A DNA stretch of 64,000 bases, taken from the NCBI GenBank assembly GCA_012839185.1, contig DUNU01000022.1:25604-89603 (forward strand), read 5' to 3'. This document shows positions 47,917 to 57,913 of the stretch, piece after piece. Origin of the DNA: Clostridiales bacterium (lineage in GTDB: Bacteria > Bacillota > Clostridia > Oscillospirales > Acutalibacteraceae). The stretch's first letter is position 1; every line of letters begins with the position of its first letter. The notes beneath the pieces were generated by a model. It ran no database searches. It had not been told where the DNA came from and worked only from the letters and a program-made list of their open reading frames with translations. The translations under genes and the position numbers were made by a program.

Positions 47917-49044
47917 TTATCCTTTCAATAATTCACCGAGTTTCTTAATTTTTCTTGTCAGTTCTTGCTTTCTCTCATATTTGTTGAACATTTTGATAGT
48001 TTTATCAAAAGGCTCATTTGCAAGCGAGTTTAATATTTCCTGACGAATGTTAGGTATAGGGATGTCTTGATTAAGTTGAGCCGACAAAACAGTACTGTTA
48101 TCAAGTGGTTTTATTGTAAAATCAGCGAGTTCATTTATTGCGTCATATCCCTTTTGTGAGAAGGTCAACACGCTGGACATCCCTTCACCCTTTGCTTCAA
48201 TTCCTCTTTGCCAGAAGTCGCCGAGTTTTATATCAGCCTCGCTTGTTGCTCCTCTGTATTTACATGTGTAACAAGAATTTTGGAGGGCAATATTGCGAAT
48301 GTACATTCTGAAATATAATCCCGAGTCTTCGGTTGATGAAAACTCGTTGCCGTTTATATCTCTAATCTCAAGGGTGTATTTTCCCCAGCCACTTTTTTTG
48401 CTTCTGAAGTTTATACTGTCAATCTTACCGATGTCTTTCTTATTTCTGATAGACGCAAGATAATTTTGCCAGAGATTATTTGAAGGTACGCCGTGACAGA
48501 AAAGGTCGATAAATAAAACATTTTCAAGAGCCTCTGGATTTAGTTCTTCGAGAATTAATTTAAGACCTGCAATCTGACAGGGAAGGGCAAATACTGCATA
48601 TTTCGCACCGGATTTATCATAGACTATTTTATTAAAAGCTTCTACTGTATGGCTCTGGATATATTTCGAGCCTCGCATATTTTGAATATCGGCAATATTT
48701 TTTGCGATAATATGTTTTGCGGTGTCTGTGTTTGCATCATAGATCGCACCGACAATGTTATAGCCTTTGTTAAACAGCATTACCGAAAGTCCGAAAGCGA
48801 CCGCACCGGATGTAGATTTTTTAAGTATTTCGGCTGAATTTGAGTAAATACAAAAAGCGTTTGCATCTTTAGTTTTTACGTCAACGGAAATATTTTGAAT
48901 TTTCTTGCAAAGTCCGCAATCAATACAATTATCCTGCTTTACAGGTCGCAAAAAACCTTCGCTGTTTGGCAAAAGTTTTATTGCCCCTATGGGACATACG
49001 GCGACACAAGCACCGCAACCCGTACACATATCACTTGCCGTCAT
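47917..49044 (-). CDS. FrhB/FdhB-like (coenzyme F420 hydrogenase beta-subunit family) protein with 2x[4Fe-4S] ferredoxin motifs
   Basis: CTGCGACVAVCP and CIDCGLCKK at the N-terminus. It lies next to a pyruvyl transferase, which is the usual pairing for this family. Confidence 0.7.
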   Translation of the reverse strand: MTASDMCTGCGACVAVCPIGAIKLLPNSEGFLRPVKQDNCIDCGLCKKIQNISVDVKTKDANAFCIYSNSAEILKKSTSGAVAFGLSVMLFNKGYNIVGAIYDANTDTAKHIIAKNIADIQNMRGSKYIQSHTVEAFNKIVYDKSGAKYAVFALPCQIAGLKLILEELNPEALENVLFIDLFCHGVPSNNLWQNYLASIRNKKDIGKIDSINFRSKKSGWGKYTLEIRDINGNEFSSTEDSGLYFRMYIRNIALQNSCYTCKYRGATSEADIKLGDFWQRGIEAKGEGMSSVLTFSQKGYDAINELADFTIKPLDNSTVLSAQLNQDIPIPNIRQEILNSLANEPFDKTIKMFNKYERKQELTRKIKKLGELLKG

Positions 49045-50122
49045 TTTTTATTACCTTGTCAATATAGTTTTTAGATGACGCTTGAAGTTCGTTAAGCTTA
49101 TTGCATACCAAATCATAGTCAATCGGCTCTGAACTTGCATTATCAACATCAATAATCAATCTGTCGGATAAGCCTAAATCGGCGAGGAGGTCACGCATAC
49201 GGGTATTTATTGCCTGCTTGCGATTTATAACCGCAAACTCTTTCTTATATATTACCGAAAACGCTGTTGCATGGAATGAATTTGATATTACGAAATCAGC
49301 ATTTTTTATTATTCCGACAAACTCACGAGGACACATAAATTCAAATGTTTTGTCTGCAAAATCGGATTTAAAGAGGGAATAAATCTTCAGATTTTTTTCT
49401 TTTGCAATTCTTTTTGCAATCCGTGTTATCTCCTCGTTACCGTCAAAGTCATATAGGAATAGATAAGGTTCATGATCTTCTTCAACCGCAATTTCATCCC
49501 AAGATGATTTTTCAAGCAGAAATACCGGATCAAGCACTCGCTCTCCCTGATAGCCCAAATTTTCAAGTATTCTGACGGCGGATTTTTCTCGTACAGAAAT
49601 ATAATCAAGATTTGCAAGTGAGGTTTTATAGTGTTCTATCAAATCGTCGGGAATATTATCGCAAGCAAAACTTGCAGCATAAGATGCTTTTATCCCCGAT
49701 TTTACAAAATCCAAGAAAAAAGCCTTGTCTTTGCCGTTAGGGAAAAGGGGATTCCAAATCTGATCACTGCCGGCAAAATAAATATCGGCAGGCGGCGGAT
49801 TGCTTTTTAGTTCATCGAGTGATGAATATCGGGTTGTAATCGGCAGATACTGTTCTCTGAAAACATCAAATTTGCGTTTGCGTTTTAATGCTCTGAGGCG
49901 TGAGGGAAGTTTTGCTGCAAGATATGTTTGTCTGATTAACGGTTTATCGTATATCGGATTGCTTACGGACATTAAACTGTAATGTCCGCTTAAATAATCG
50001 GGTTTGTAGTCAATGATTTTCGTTTCAATTCCCAAATTGTTCAGATACTTACACAAAGCATACGCTTGAAGCGATGCTCCGACATTGTAAACATCATGAC
50101 AAGTAATAGTTAATGCTTTCAT
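49031..50122 (-). CDS. Polysaccharide pyruvyl transferase family protein
   Basis: N-terminal YNVGASLQAYAL, plus SDQIWNP and a C-terminal SFHATAF-like motif. Confidence 0.75.
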   Translation of the reverse strand: MKALTITCHDVYNVGASLQAYALCKYLNNLGIETKIIDYKPDYLSGHYSLMSVSNPIYDKPLIRQTYLAAKLPSRLRALKRKRKFDVFREQYLPITTRYSSLDELKSNPPPADIYFAGSDQIWNPLFPNGKDKAFFLDFVKSGIKASYAASFACDNIPDDLIEHYKTSLANLDYISVREKSAVRILENLGYQGERVLDPVFLLEKSSWDEIAVEEDHEPYLFLYDFDGNEEITRIAKRIAKEKNLKIYSLFKSDFADKTFEFMCPREFVGIIKNADFVISNSFHATAFSVIYKKEFAVINRKQAINTRMRDLLADLGLSDRLIIDVDNASSEPIDYDLVCNKLNELQASSKNYIDKVIKNDGK

Positions 50123-50152
50123 AATTAAATCTTAATCTTAAATAACAGTTGC

Positions 50153-51238
50153 TTAACGACTTCCTGTTACGAATGAATATGTTTTCGGCATAATTTTTTT
50201 GACTATCATACCGGCAAGGATGATAATTGTGATAGTAAGAAATGCAGAAGCGAAGAAGGTGATTAAGAGGGCAATATCGCTTGCACCGATAATTTTTGCA
50301 ATAATTTTTTTCAACGCACTGGCGATGGGATGGTGAGTAACGAAAATCAAGAATGAATAAGATGCAATTTCCCATTCTTTTTTCTCTACAAATTTTGGAG
50401 CAGTATACCAGACGGCAACGAGTCCCGATATTATCGACAGTCGCATTGAATAGTGCAAAATGGGGTCATATTTTCCAAAGAGCAATACATCTTCCGGTAA
50501 AGAACACAGATAATATGTCCGGAAAATTATTATACCGAGCCAAAGTATCAGAGCAACAATGCCGATAATGTTCTTATGTTTTATTTTCTTGCTGATATTC
50601 GTCAGTTTTTCGTTGTGTAATGCGAATAATGCACCGAGCGAGAAGAATAAAATTGTTTCAGAGCGAATAATTATATTAACATTGAAAAACCAGATTGCGA
50701 AAGCGGCGGGAATAACTATAAACGGCAGTTTCTTTATTGCAATATAAAACAGCGGGGAGAGAAGGGCAAATACGATAAGATAACGACAAAACCACAGAGG
50801 CGAGTTAAATGATGTGATGAAAATGTTGTAAAGAATATCGAGAATACCGAAATTGGTTGTATCTCTCGTAGAGAAAAAAGAGGCGAGTGAGGGGATTCGT
50901 TGTGCGATAAAGAACATAAAGAATACAGCGGCAGACCAGATTGTATAGGGAATAGCAAGAGAGAAAAAGCGACGTTTGAGTTTGTATTTATAGCCGTCAA
51001 GTGTGTTTTTGTATGTGATAAAAAAGAGATATCCGGAGATAATCAAAAACAATGGAACGGCAACCCGACACACACCTTCCGTAAAAAAGAGTTGAATAAA
51101 AGTGGCTGCGTTTTGACCGTATATGCTCACCGTTTCGCCCTGAAGATTTATCACATAGGAAGACGAATGGATGAATACAATCAAAATACTTAACATAAAT
51201 TGTATATGTGTAATTTTATGGCTTAATTCTTTTTTCAT
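50153..51238 (-). CDS. Acyltransferase family 3 (membrane O-acyltransferase)
   Basis: About 10 TM helices. N-terminal IQFMLSILIVFIHS and RVAVPLFLIISGYLFF. Confidence 0.8.
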   Translation of the reverse strand: MKKELSHKITHIQFMLSILIVFIHSSSYVINLQGETVSIYGQNAATFIQLFFTEGVCRVAVPLFLIISGYLFFITYKNTLDGYKYKLKRRFFSLAIPYTIWSAAVFFMFFIAQRIPSLASFFSTRDTTNFGILDILYNIFITSFNSPLWFCRYLIVFALLSPLFYIAIKKLPFIVIPAAFAIWFFNVNIIIRSETILFFSLGALFALHNEKLTNISKKIKHKNIIGIVALILWLGIIIFRTYYLCSLPEDVLLFGKYDPILHYSMRLSIISGLVAVWYTAPKFVEKKEWEIASYSFLIFVTHHPIASALKKIIAKIIGASDIALLITFFASAFLTITIIILAGMIVKKIMPKTYSFVTGSR

Positions 51239-51476
51239 ATCTTTTTCTTTTTATAAAAACATAGAACACTGAAAACACAATGGATGAGATTGCGGTTAAA
51301 ATAAATGTCAGGGAATAGGTCAAATTCATAAAGGGAATGCGAAATAATATTTGTGACATAAAATAGTGGAGCATCGGGTGAACGTCTAAAAATAAGTCAG
51401 TGTGTAATGCAACGATAAGCAATGCGAATATTACACGCAAAATGTCAATTGTATTATTTCGTCTTTTTGTCATCAT
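51216..51476 (-). pseudogene. Truncated acyltransferase-3 N-terminal fragment (86 codons)
   Basis: NNTIDILRVIFALLIVALH is a typical acyltransferase_3 N-terminal motif. The ORF stops after about 2 TM helices and overlaps the next gene by 23 nt. Confidence 0.45.
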
Positions 51477-52651
51477 ATGTCAAGTATATCCTTAACCGCA
51501 GATGCGTTTGAATAGTCACGCGTTTTGCAGTTATTGCTTAAAAATTCAAGTTTTTCTGTATCTTTCAAAAGTTCTGCTATGCCTTTTGCACAGCCTTCGT
51601 TATCAAGCGGAACGATAATTCCGTCAACCCCGTTTTCAAGTTGAGCGTTGGCAGTGGGGAAAGCGGTGATACATACGGGTTTGTTAAGTGCCTGAGCTTC
51701 ACGCACCGTTACGGCCTTTCCTTCAAACCGAGAGGGCTGGACGTAGAGTGTGCAGGCATTCATATATTTATATGGATTTTCTCGTTTTCCCAATATGATG
51801 ACACGATTTTGCATATTATTTTTTTCTATTTCTTCCCGAATCTTGCTTTCGAGACCGCCGAAACCGATAAGATACCATTTAACGTCAAGGTCGTATTCTA
51901 CAAGCCTTCTTGTAATATCCGGTATATTTTCAAAATTCTTTGCCGTACCGAAACGACCGACAGAAAGGAGAATATATTTTGAATCATTCGGCATATCGTC
52001 AACATTTTCAAGTGCTGCTTTTTTTACACTGTTCACGGATAAAATATTTTCCGCCACACCGACCTTCTTTTCGTCTACGGGTAATGAACTTATCAGTTTT
52101 TCTCTGACTTCTTGGGATACGCACTGAATTTGGTCTATACGTTCAAACATATTTATTATCGCTTTTGTGCCGATATGAACCGTCGAATAGTCGGTATGAA
52201 TAAGTCCGACTTTTTTGGTTGCGGTTACTTTATCAAGGACATAGTAATAGGGCATATTGAAACTGACGGCAAGGTCATATTTCTTTTCTTGTGCCTTCAT
52301 TTTTTTGATTATCATCTTGTGATATATGAATGCTTCGACAGACAAAGCCTTATCTTTTTTGACTATTCTCAGAAGTTTTTCAATCGGTTTTGCAATAAAA
52401 CGAGCGAAAGATTCAAATAAATATCCTTGCTTAATTGCGGATGTAAGCGGGATCCCGAATGCTTGGTATCTTTTTTCAACGGGGAGCAAGTTGATATGTT
52501 CGGGAATATCCCCCATAAGTTCTCCCTCATGTTTTGCAAGGAACAAATCAATCTCGTATTTGTTGGGGTTTGCCGCTTCCAAAAGTCCGATCAGACTTCT
52601 TTCAATTCCGCCCAATTCAAGATTGTAGGCATAAATAAATATTTTTTTCAT
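51473..52651 (-). CDS. Glycosyltransferase family 4 (GT-B, GT1-like)
   Basis: N-terminal LELGGIERSL and a C-terminal E(x7)E-like region (SRFEGKAVTVREAQAL). Confidence 0.82.
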   Translation of the reverse strand: MKKIFIYAYNLELGGIERSLIGLLEAANPNKYEIDLFLAKHEGELMGDIPEHINLLPVEKRYQAFGIPLTSAIKQGYLFESFARFIAKPIEKLLRIVKKDKALSVEAFIYHKMIIKKMKAQEKKYDLAVSFNMPYYYVLDKVTATKKVGLIHTDYSTVHIGTKAIINMFERIDQIQCVSQEVREKLISSLPVDEKKVGVAENILSVNSVKKAALENVDDMPNDSKYILLSVGRFGTAKNFENIPDITRRLVEYDLDVKWYLIGFGGLESKIREEIEKNNMQNRVIILGKRENPYKYMNACTLYVQPSRFEGKAVTVREAQALNKPVCITAFPTANAQLENGVDGIIVPLDNEGCAKGIAELLKDTEKLEFLSNNCKTRDYSNASAVKDILDI

Positions 52652-53634
52652 TCCGTTATCCTCGGAAGATTTTTATATTCCTCTGTTTTTGTATATTTTA
52701 GCCCGTCACGCATTCCCTTGATTTGAAGGGTTACATGTTTTTCGGAGGGTTTTAGTATTCTTTTTATCGTCAGATGAATTGAGTTTACAAGAAAATAATA
52801 GTTGAAAGCCGAACGAGCGAGAAATTTACCGAAAAAATTTTTTTCGGTACTGTATATAAATCTGTGCCAAAACACCGCACGATTAAAGCCAGCCCAATAT
52901 GACTTGTTTGCTTTTGCTTCGGGTGATGAAGTGGCTGATTTTGCACTTAAATGGTCATAATGAGCATCGGTAACAACGCAGGGGGTATATCCTAATTTTT
53001 TTGCTTTATAGAACATTATCTGGTCATCGGCGGGTGCTAAATGTCCGTGTTGTGCCCAAACAAGTTCATCTTCAAAATTAATGTTCTTAAAAGCCTCTTT
53101 TGATGCATAGAACATACATCCTGCTGCCGAGTCGGTTGGTAATACCAAATTTTCAGTGGGGGTGAAGCGATTATAGGACCAGCCGTTTGAACGAAGAATG
53201 GTTACATATTTGTCTTTGTTGAAAATTGTCGGGACGGCGGCAGCATGAATAATCGGTAGAATTTTCTTCAATCCTTTTGCAGGGGGCAAAAAATCCAAAA
53301 CTTCGCCTGTTGCAAATGAATATCCGAGTACGGTAACTGCACGATGCAATTTTTTTACAAAATCGCTGTCAAATTGAATATCATCATCACAGAAAAGGAT
53401 ATAATCCGCAACATCAAAATCTAATGTTGCAATTCGTTGTGTCATCATTCCTTTTTTTGCATATACAAAATTTTCCGTACCGATTTTTTCGGGCGGTTCA
53501 TTACCGCCTTCAGGCAGTATAACCCATATTTCTCTCGGTTGCGGGTCAAGATTCTTAATCGAATTCAGGAGAGCCTGATACTTTTCTCCGCCTTTGCCGA
53601 CGGTTCGTATTGCAACATCATATACTATACTCAT
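52648..53634 (-). CDS. Glycosyltransferase (GT-A fold, GT2-like)
   Basis: N-terminal VAIRTVGKGG and the FCDDDIQF DXD region. Translationally coupled on both sides. Confidence 0.6.
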   Translation of the reverse strand: MSIVYDVAIRTVGKGGEKYQALLNSIKNLDPQPREIWVILPEGGNEPPEKIGTENFVYAKKGMMTQRIATLDFDVADYILFCDDDIQFDSDFVKKLHRAVTVLGYSFATGEVLDFLPPAKGLKKILPIIHAAAVPTIFNKDKYVTILRSNGWSYNRFTPTENLVLPTDSAAGCMFYASKEAFKNINFEDELVWAQHGHLAPADDQIMFYKAKKLGYTPCVVTDAHYDHLSAKSATSSPEAKANKSYWAGFNRAVFWHRFIYSTEKNFFGKFLARSAFNYYFLVNSIHLTIKRILKPSEKHVTLQIKGMRDGLKYTKTEEYKNLPRITE

Positions 53635-54347
53635 TTCTTACCACCCAATTTCTGTCTGATGTCTGTGCCAAAATATCTGTGTAAAATACGGGTGAATTTA
53701 TTGCGGATTATCTTTGATTTTGGCATCCAAGATTTGTCGTACCAATGAATTGAATAGGTGTTTTCGGTTTTGTGTAAAAGACCGGTAGCATCATCAAAGG
53801 GATTGAAATAATCTGTCGGGTACAATGTCATTCCGCAGACGGTTTGAAGTTGATTGTTTTGTTCAAAGCCATGTGATTTGAGAATACTTGTAAAAATTCC
53901 GCAGACATTTATCTTTATTCTTTCACCGCTATCATCCAAAAATCTTGCGTTGTCGTAGTATTTTCGAGCTTCGGTAATAAGCGGATGATTCGGGTTTTTA
54001 CTCCACAATACAAGTCCGGGAGCGATATATTCGGAAGTTTCAAAGCCGGCAAAAGCGTCATTTTCGAGCAAATCGTCAAATGGTCTGATTACTTCAACAT
54101 CCGTATCAAAATACATACCGCCATACTTTTCGAGAATATTAAATCTCGCATAGTCTGATACGAACGCCCATTTTTTTGCGTTATAAGCCTCTCTGACATA
54201 TTGGTTGCAGTTTATGTCAAAATTAGATTCATCCCAGAGTTTTATTTCAAAATCAGGGAAAAACTTTTTCCAGCTTTCAATGCATTTTAATGTTTTTGGT
54301 GGTAAGGGATTTCCGCCGAACCAAAAATAATGAATGATTTTTACCAT
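53631..54347 (-). CDS. Glycosyltransferase family 32-like (Gly_transf_sug / OCH1-type, DXD)
   Basis: FWFGGNPLP..SWKKFFPDFEIKLWDE..SDYARFNILEKYGGMYFDTDVE. Confidence 0.75.
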   Translation of the reverse strand: MVKIIHYFWFGGNPLPPKTLKCIESWKKFFPDFEIKLWDESNFDINCNQYVREAYNAKKWAFVSDYARFNILEKYGGMYFDTDVEVIRPFDDLLENDAFAGFETSEYIAPGLVLWSKNPNHPLITEARKYYDNARFLDDSGERIKINVCGIFTSILKSHGFEQNNQLQTVCGMTLYPTDYFNPFDDATGLLHKTENTYSIHWYDKSWMPKSKIIRNKFTRILHRYFGTDIRQKLGGKK

Positions 54348-54354
54348 AATAACC

Positions 54355-55503
54355 TCATTTGAATAATGCCGTAATACTTTGATGCCCGAAATATTCGACA
54401 GTCAAACTTGTTCCGTATTTTGAAAAGTACGTGTACATAAAGAATGAATGTGCCGCCATCGAACCTGCTTTTACAAAACCTTTCAGTCTCTCGTCAAAGC
54501 ATGTTGTGATAATTCCGGGCAAAGCAATATAGTTAAACACCTCAAAATAGTTCGCAAGTCGTCCGAAAAAGTTTGCACCTCCGAAGGAGGCTATGATTAA
54601 AAATCCCGTACTGACAAGAGACAGGTTAACGCAACACTTAAATATCTTATCATCGTTGTTGTCGTTTATTTTATTCTTAAAAACAAGTGACAAGATAGGA
54701 GTAACAAGGAAAAAGATAAGTCGATAAATATTTAGACCTTCACCGCCGGTTAATTCTTCATAAGTGTAAATATCTCCTATGTATTCAGTTGCCTCCAGTG
54801 CGTAAGGGACAAAACGTTCCATATAAGTGCCGACCACAACAGCCGCTACAATCAATATGGTTGATCTTATACTCCATACCTTACCCAAAAGGAATGGAAT
54901 AGCAATGTACGTGAAAACATAGGGATGGAATGTTATTGCAAGTAACAAAACAATAGCTGCCTTAATCCATTTCTTCTCAATTGTTAAAGGTAGTACCCAT
55001 ATGCCGATTGCCATAGCCAAAACTTGTTTTTGTGCCGCCATGGTGAAAAAATATAAAGTGGAACCAATGAAAAAGAATATACTCAGCATAAAGTCCTTAG
55101 AATATTTTCTATAAAAGGAAAGAAAAGATACAACAGCAATAAATGCCGAGATAGTTAAAAACCAAACCTCATTATTTCCGAAAATAATCTTGATAAAAAT
55201 TTGGTAAAGCTGGAATCCGGGGTTGGAACCAAGTTCAGTATTGATGTTTTTAATTGCTTCAAAAGTACCTTCAACATTCAGCAAGAAACTGGCGATATAA
55301 AGGGAGGTGTCATTAAATCTTGTTCTTAATCCCGAAAAAAGAATGAGTGTTATTACCAAACCGACATAACAAAAAACTCCCAAAAAGTTAGAACTCTTTC
55401 TGTTTCTTTTTCTTATCTTTTTGCTTTGTACTACAACGGCATTCTGTTGGTAAATATAAGCCAAAATACTTGAGCCGAACAAAAGAAGAAAAACTTGTCC
55501 CAT
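54355..55503 (-). CDS. wzy: EpsG-family polysaccharide polymerase (Wzy-like)
   Basis: 382 aa with about 11 TM helices. Its size and position in the locus are typical of EpsG/Wzy. Confidence 0.65.
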   Translation of the reverse strand: MGQVFLLLFGSSILAYIYQQNAVVVQSKKIRKRNRKSSNFLGVFCYVGLVITLILFSGLRTRFNDTSLYIASFLLNVEGTFEAIKNINTELGSNPGFQLYQIFIKIIFGNNEVWFLTISAFIAVVSFLSFYRKYSKDFMLSIFFFIGSTLYFFTMAAQKQVLAMAIGIWVLPLTIEKKWIKAAIVLLLAITFHPYVFTYIAIPFLLGKVWSIRSTILIVAAVVVGTYMERFVPYALEATEYIGDIYTYEELTGGEGLNIYRLIFFLVTPILSLVFKNKINDNNDDKIFKCCVNLSLVSTGFLIIASFGGANFFGRLANYFEVFNYIALPGIITTCFDERLKGFVKAGSMAAHSFFMYTYFSKYGTSLTVEYFGHQSITALFK

Positions 55504-55514
55504 TTGGAAATATC

Positions 55515-56225
55515 CTAAATCTTTCTTTTAACAAAATACAGGAATGACAACAACCTGTCATATAGTGAGAGTTTGCGGTCTTTAAGTTCTATTTCGTGAA
55601 ATGAACCGAAAGATGCTTTATTTTCAAGAAGAAAAGTCTCTAAATGTTCAAAATCGCTGTCTTGCATAGTATTCGGATGATAACAGAAAGTAACGAGTTT
55701 GAAATTTAATTTTCGTACGACTCCGCTTTGTTGTGGGATATAGAAAAATTTACCTTTCTTATAAACATCACTTGCAATAGTATCGCTGATAATTCTAATA
55801 TCAGTTTTTTCTTCAAGTGCTTTCAGTGTGTTATCATCGAAAGTATGAGCAGGTGCAACGAAAATTTTTGGCTTAACGTCGTTTTGACATAATAATTTGT
55901 AGCCTTTTTCAATTTTGGATGCTTGGATGCTGTATTCTTTACCTGCAAATTCGCTACGATTGTTGACGGGGTTTATTCCTGCATTTTCGCTGTCAAGAAC
56001 ATGATTATAACCATGTAATGCAGGTGTCCATCCTTCATTGATCAGCCTGTTGATATTTTGCCAATAATTGTTGTCGTAATCGAGCTCAATCAGTTTTTTG
56101 TCCTCGTTATATGGAATTATCGCAAATATGGGTTTGATGTCGTGTTTTTTTAGTGTTTCATACATCCGATTCCATTTGTCGATATTTCGATATTCAGACA
56201 TATCATCAAGTCTCAAAATGTACAT
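55515..56225 (-). CDS. DUF2334-type polysaccharide-deacetylase-like protein
   Basis: ILRLDDMS and ALHGYNH motifs. Confidence 0.55.
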   Translation of the reverse strand: MYILRLDDMSEYRNIDKWNRMYETLKKHDIKPIFAIIPYNEDKKLIELDYDNNYWQNINRLINEGWTPALHGYNHVLDSENAGINPVNNRSEFAGKEYSIQASKIEKGYKLLCQNDVKPKIFVAPAHTFDDNTLKALEEKTDIRIISDTIASDVYKKGKFFYIPQQSGVVRKLNFKLVTFCYHPNTMQDSDFEHLETFLLENKASFGSFHEIELKDRKLSLYDRLLSFLYFVKRKI

Positions 56226-56227
56226 AA

Positions 56228-57010
56228 TTACCCTTTTAATCTTCTTTTCAGTTTTAATGCTGTAAGTGCTAATTTGCCTATGGGGCTTTTAGCAACTAAG
56301 TAGTTTGCATAAGTAACTTTATTTTCCTTTTCGAAAGTTAATTTAAACTTTGCAATGCCGTTTGGCTCATCAAAGCTGTTAATTCCTCCAAAATCATAAT
56401 AAAAAATTTCGTTAGCCTTACACCACAACATTTCTTTCCAATGGAGATTTTGATGTAATCGACTTAATGCTTGTTTATCTTTCTCTTCATTTCTGAAATC
56501 AAATGCACATACCCAATTTCGAGCATTCGGAGCTTCAATAATAACAGCATTAAAGCCCACGATTTCACCATCTATTTTTGCCGTAACCAATATCAAATTC
56601 CCTGTGTCAAAAAGAAGTTTTGCAAGTTTTTCATTATATCTTTGCGAAATACCTTTATCTGAAAACATTTTTTCATAAATGTATACTGCAGTATCGTTAA
56701 TTTGCTTGAATTGTTCAGGCGTGGTATTATTTTTATGGAAAATTTGAACTTCAGTATTTTCTCTTTCACTTCGTGATATGTAGCTACGTAAATGCTTACC
56801 GAAAGTTGCAAATAATTCTTCATCAGTCATATTCAAATTTTTAATTAGGGTATTTTGATGATTTAATAAAATAGAATTTTTTGGTGCAGGTGCATCAAGC
56901 GGTACACCATGCATAAATATCACATCAGTTTTCACAGTAGAAATATCTTCGTTTGATGCAAAATATGCATGAGTCAAGCGAATGCCGTGTTTTCTGTATG
57001 TTGTCAACAT
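56228..57010 (-). CDS. FemAB-like / GNAT-fold acyl(aminoacyl)transferase
   Basis: The C-terminal segment YYDFGGI...GIAKFK resembles FemAB/Acetyltransf_6 proteins. By-eye call. Confidence 0.45.
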   Translation of the reverse strand: MLTTYRKHGIRLTHAYFASNEDISTVKTDVIFMHGVPLDAPAPKNSILLNHQNTLIKNLNMTDEELFATFGKHLRSYISRSERENTEVQIFHKNNTTPEQFKQINDTAVYIYEKMFSDKGISQRYNEKLAKLLFDTGNLILVTAKIDGEIVGFNAVIIEAPNARNWVCAFDFRNEEKDKQALSRLHQNLHWKEMLWCKANEIFYYDFGGINSFDEPNGIAKFKLTFEKENKVTYANYLVAKSPIGKLALTALKLKRRLKG

Positions 57011-57013
57011 TTT

Positions 57014-57895
57014 TCAATACTTCCTTTTCGTCTTGTTCAGGTATATGTAAAACAGGTTTCCCGGGATGAGCATCAATGCTGCATAAAATTTACGGTGAGC
57101 GTTTTTTATGGGATGTTTTATTCCCGCATATTTGCATTCCGCGATATAGTGAAGCATCTGATTTAAGATATATTTCGGCTCATTGGACACCTTGGAAGTT
57201 TCATTGCGAAAATGTGCAAAACCGTTTGCACAGGTTTGATATTGCTTAAACTTACCAAAAGTCATGCTGTCGGGGTTATAGTCAACAATGCATACAACCT
57301 CATCGCAAATAAGCATTTTATATTCTTGGTCGAGCAAAATATACTTATAGGATGCGGGATAAAATTTCTCTCCTTCAAATTCGGGGAAAGGATTAAGTTT
57401 AATTAAATCGCTTCTGTATACAAGTTTCTTGTCTCCCTTGCCGCCGAGTTTACCGAAAAATTCACGAAACTTACATTCTTTAATCCCTTTGGGCATAGGT
57501 GAGCCGATAATATTTCCATTAGGATCGGCATTTTGACATATCATACCCGCAATATCGTCACGTTTGTTTTCGTTCCAGAAGGTGATAATTTTCTCGACTG
57601 CACCATCCGCCATCCAGTCATCGGAATCTATAATTACATTTATTTCTGTATGCAATTTTTCATAAGCTGCATTTCGTGCCGTGTGCATACCGCCGTTTTC
57701 TTTGTAGTAGTATTCAATCTCAATCTTGTTTTCGGCAATCCAGGAGTCAACTAAAGATTTTGTGTTATCACTTGAGCCGTCGTCCATGATAAGCCATATA
57801 AAATCATTGTTCTCTTGACGGACAAGCGAATCATAAACCTGACCTAAACAATAATCTCGGTTATAGGTTGTTGTAATTACGGTTAATGTTTTCAT
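57014..57895 (-). CDS. Glycosyltransferase family 2
   Basis: LTVITTTYNR...LIMDDGSSDNT...IDSDDW. Confidence 0.88.
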   Translation of the reverse strand: MKTLTVITTTYNRDYCLGQVYDSLVRQENNDFIWLIMDDGSSDNTKSLVDSWIAENKIEIEYYYKENGGMHTARNAAYEKLHTEINVIIDSDDWMADGAVEKIITFWNENKRDDIAGMICQNADPNGNIIGSPMPKGIKECKFREFFGKLGGKGDKKLVYRSDLIKLNPFPEFEGEKFYPASYKYILLDQEYKMLICDEVVCIVDYNPDSMTFGKFKQYQTCANGFAHFRNETSKVSNEPKYILNQMLHYIAECKYAGIKHPIKNAHRKFYAALMLIPGNLFYIYLNKTKRKY

Positions 57896-57913
57896 TGAAC
57901 ACCTCAGATTACA

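Noticed and set aside
50094-51000. Alternative-frame minus-strand ORFs (50094..50375, 50734..51000) within the acyltransferase gene
   Set aside because: They are out of frame with the 361-aa acyltransferase-3 ORF, which has the expected motifs and TM pattern. Their translations are Cys/His/Arg-rich and implausible.
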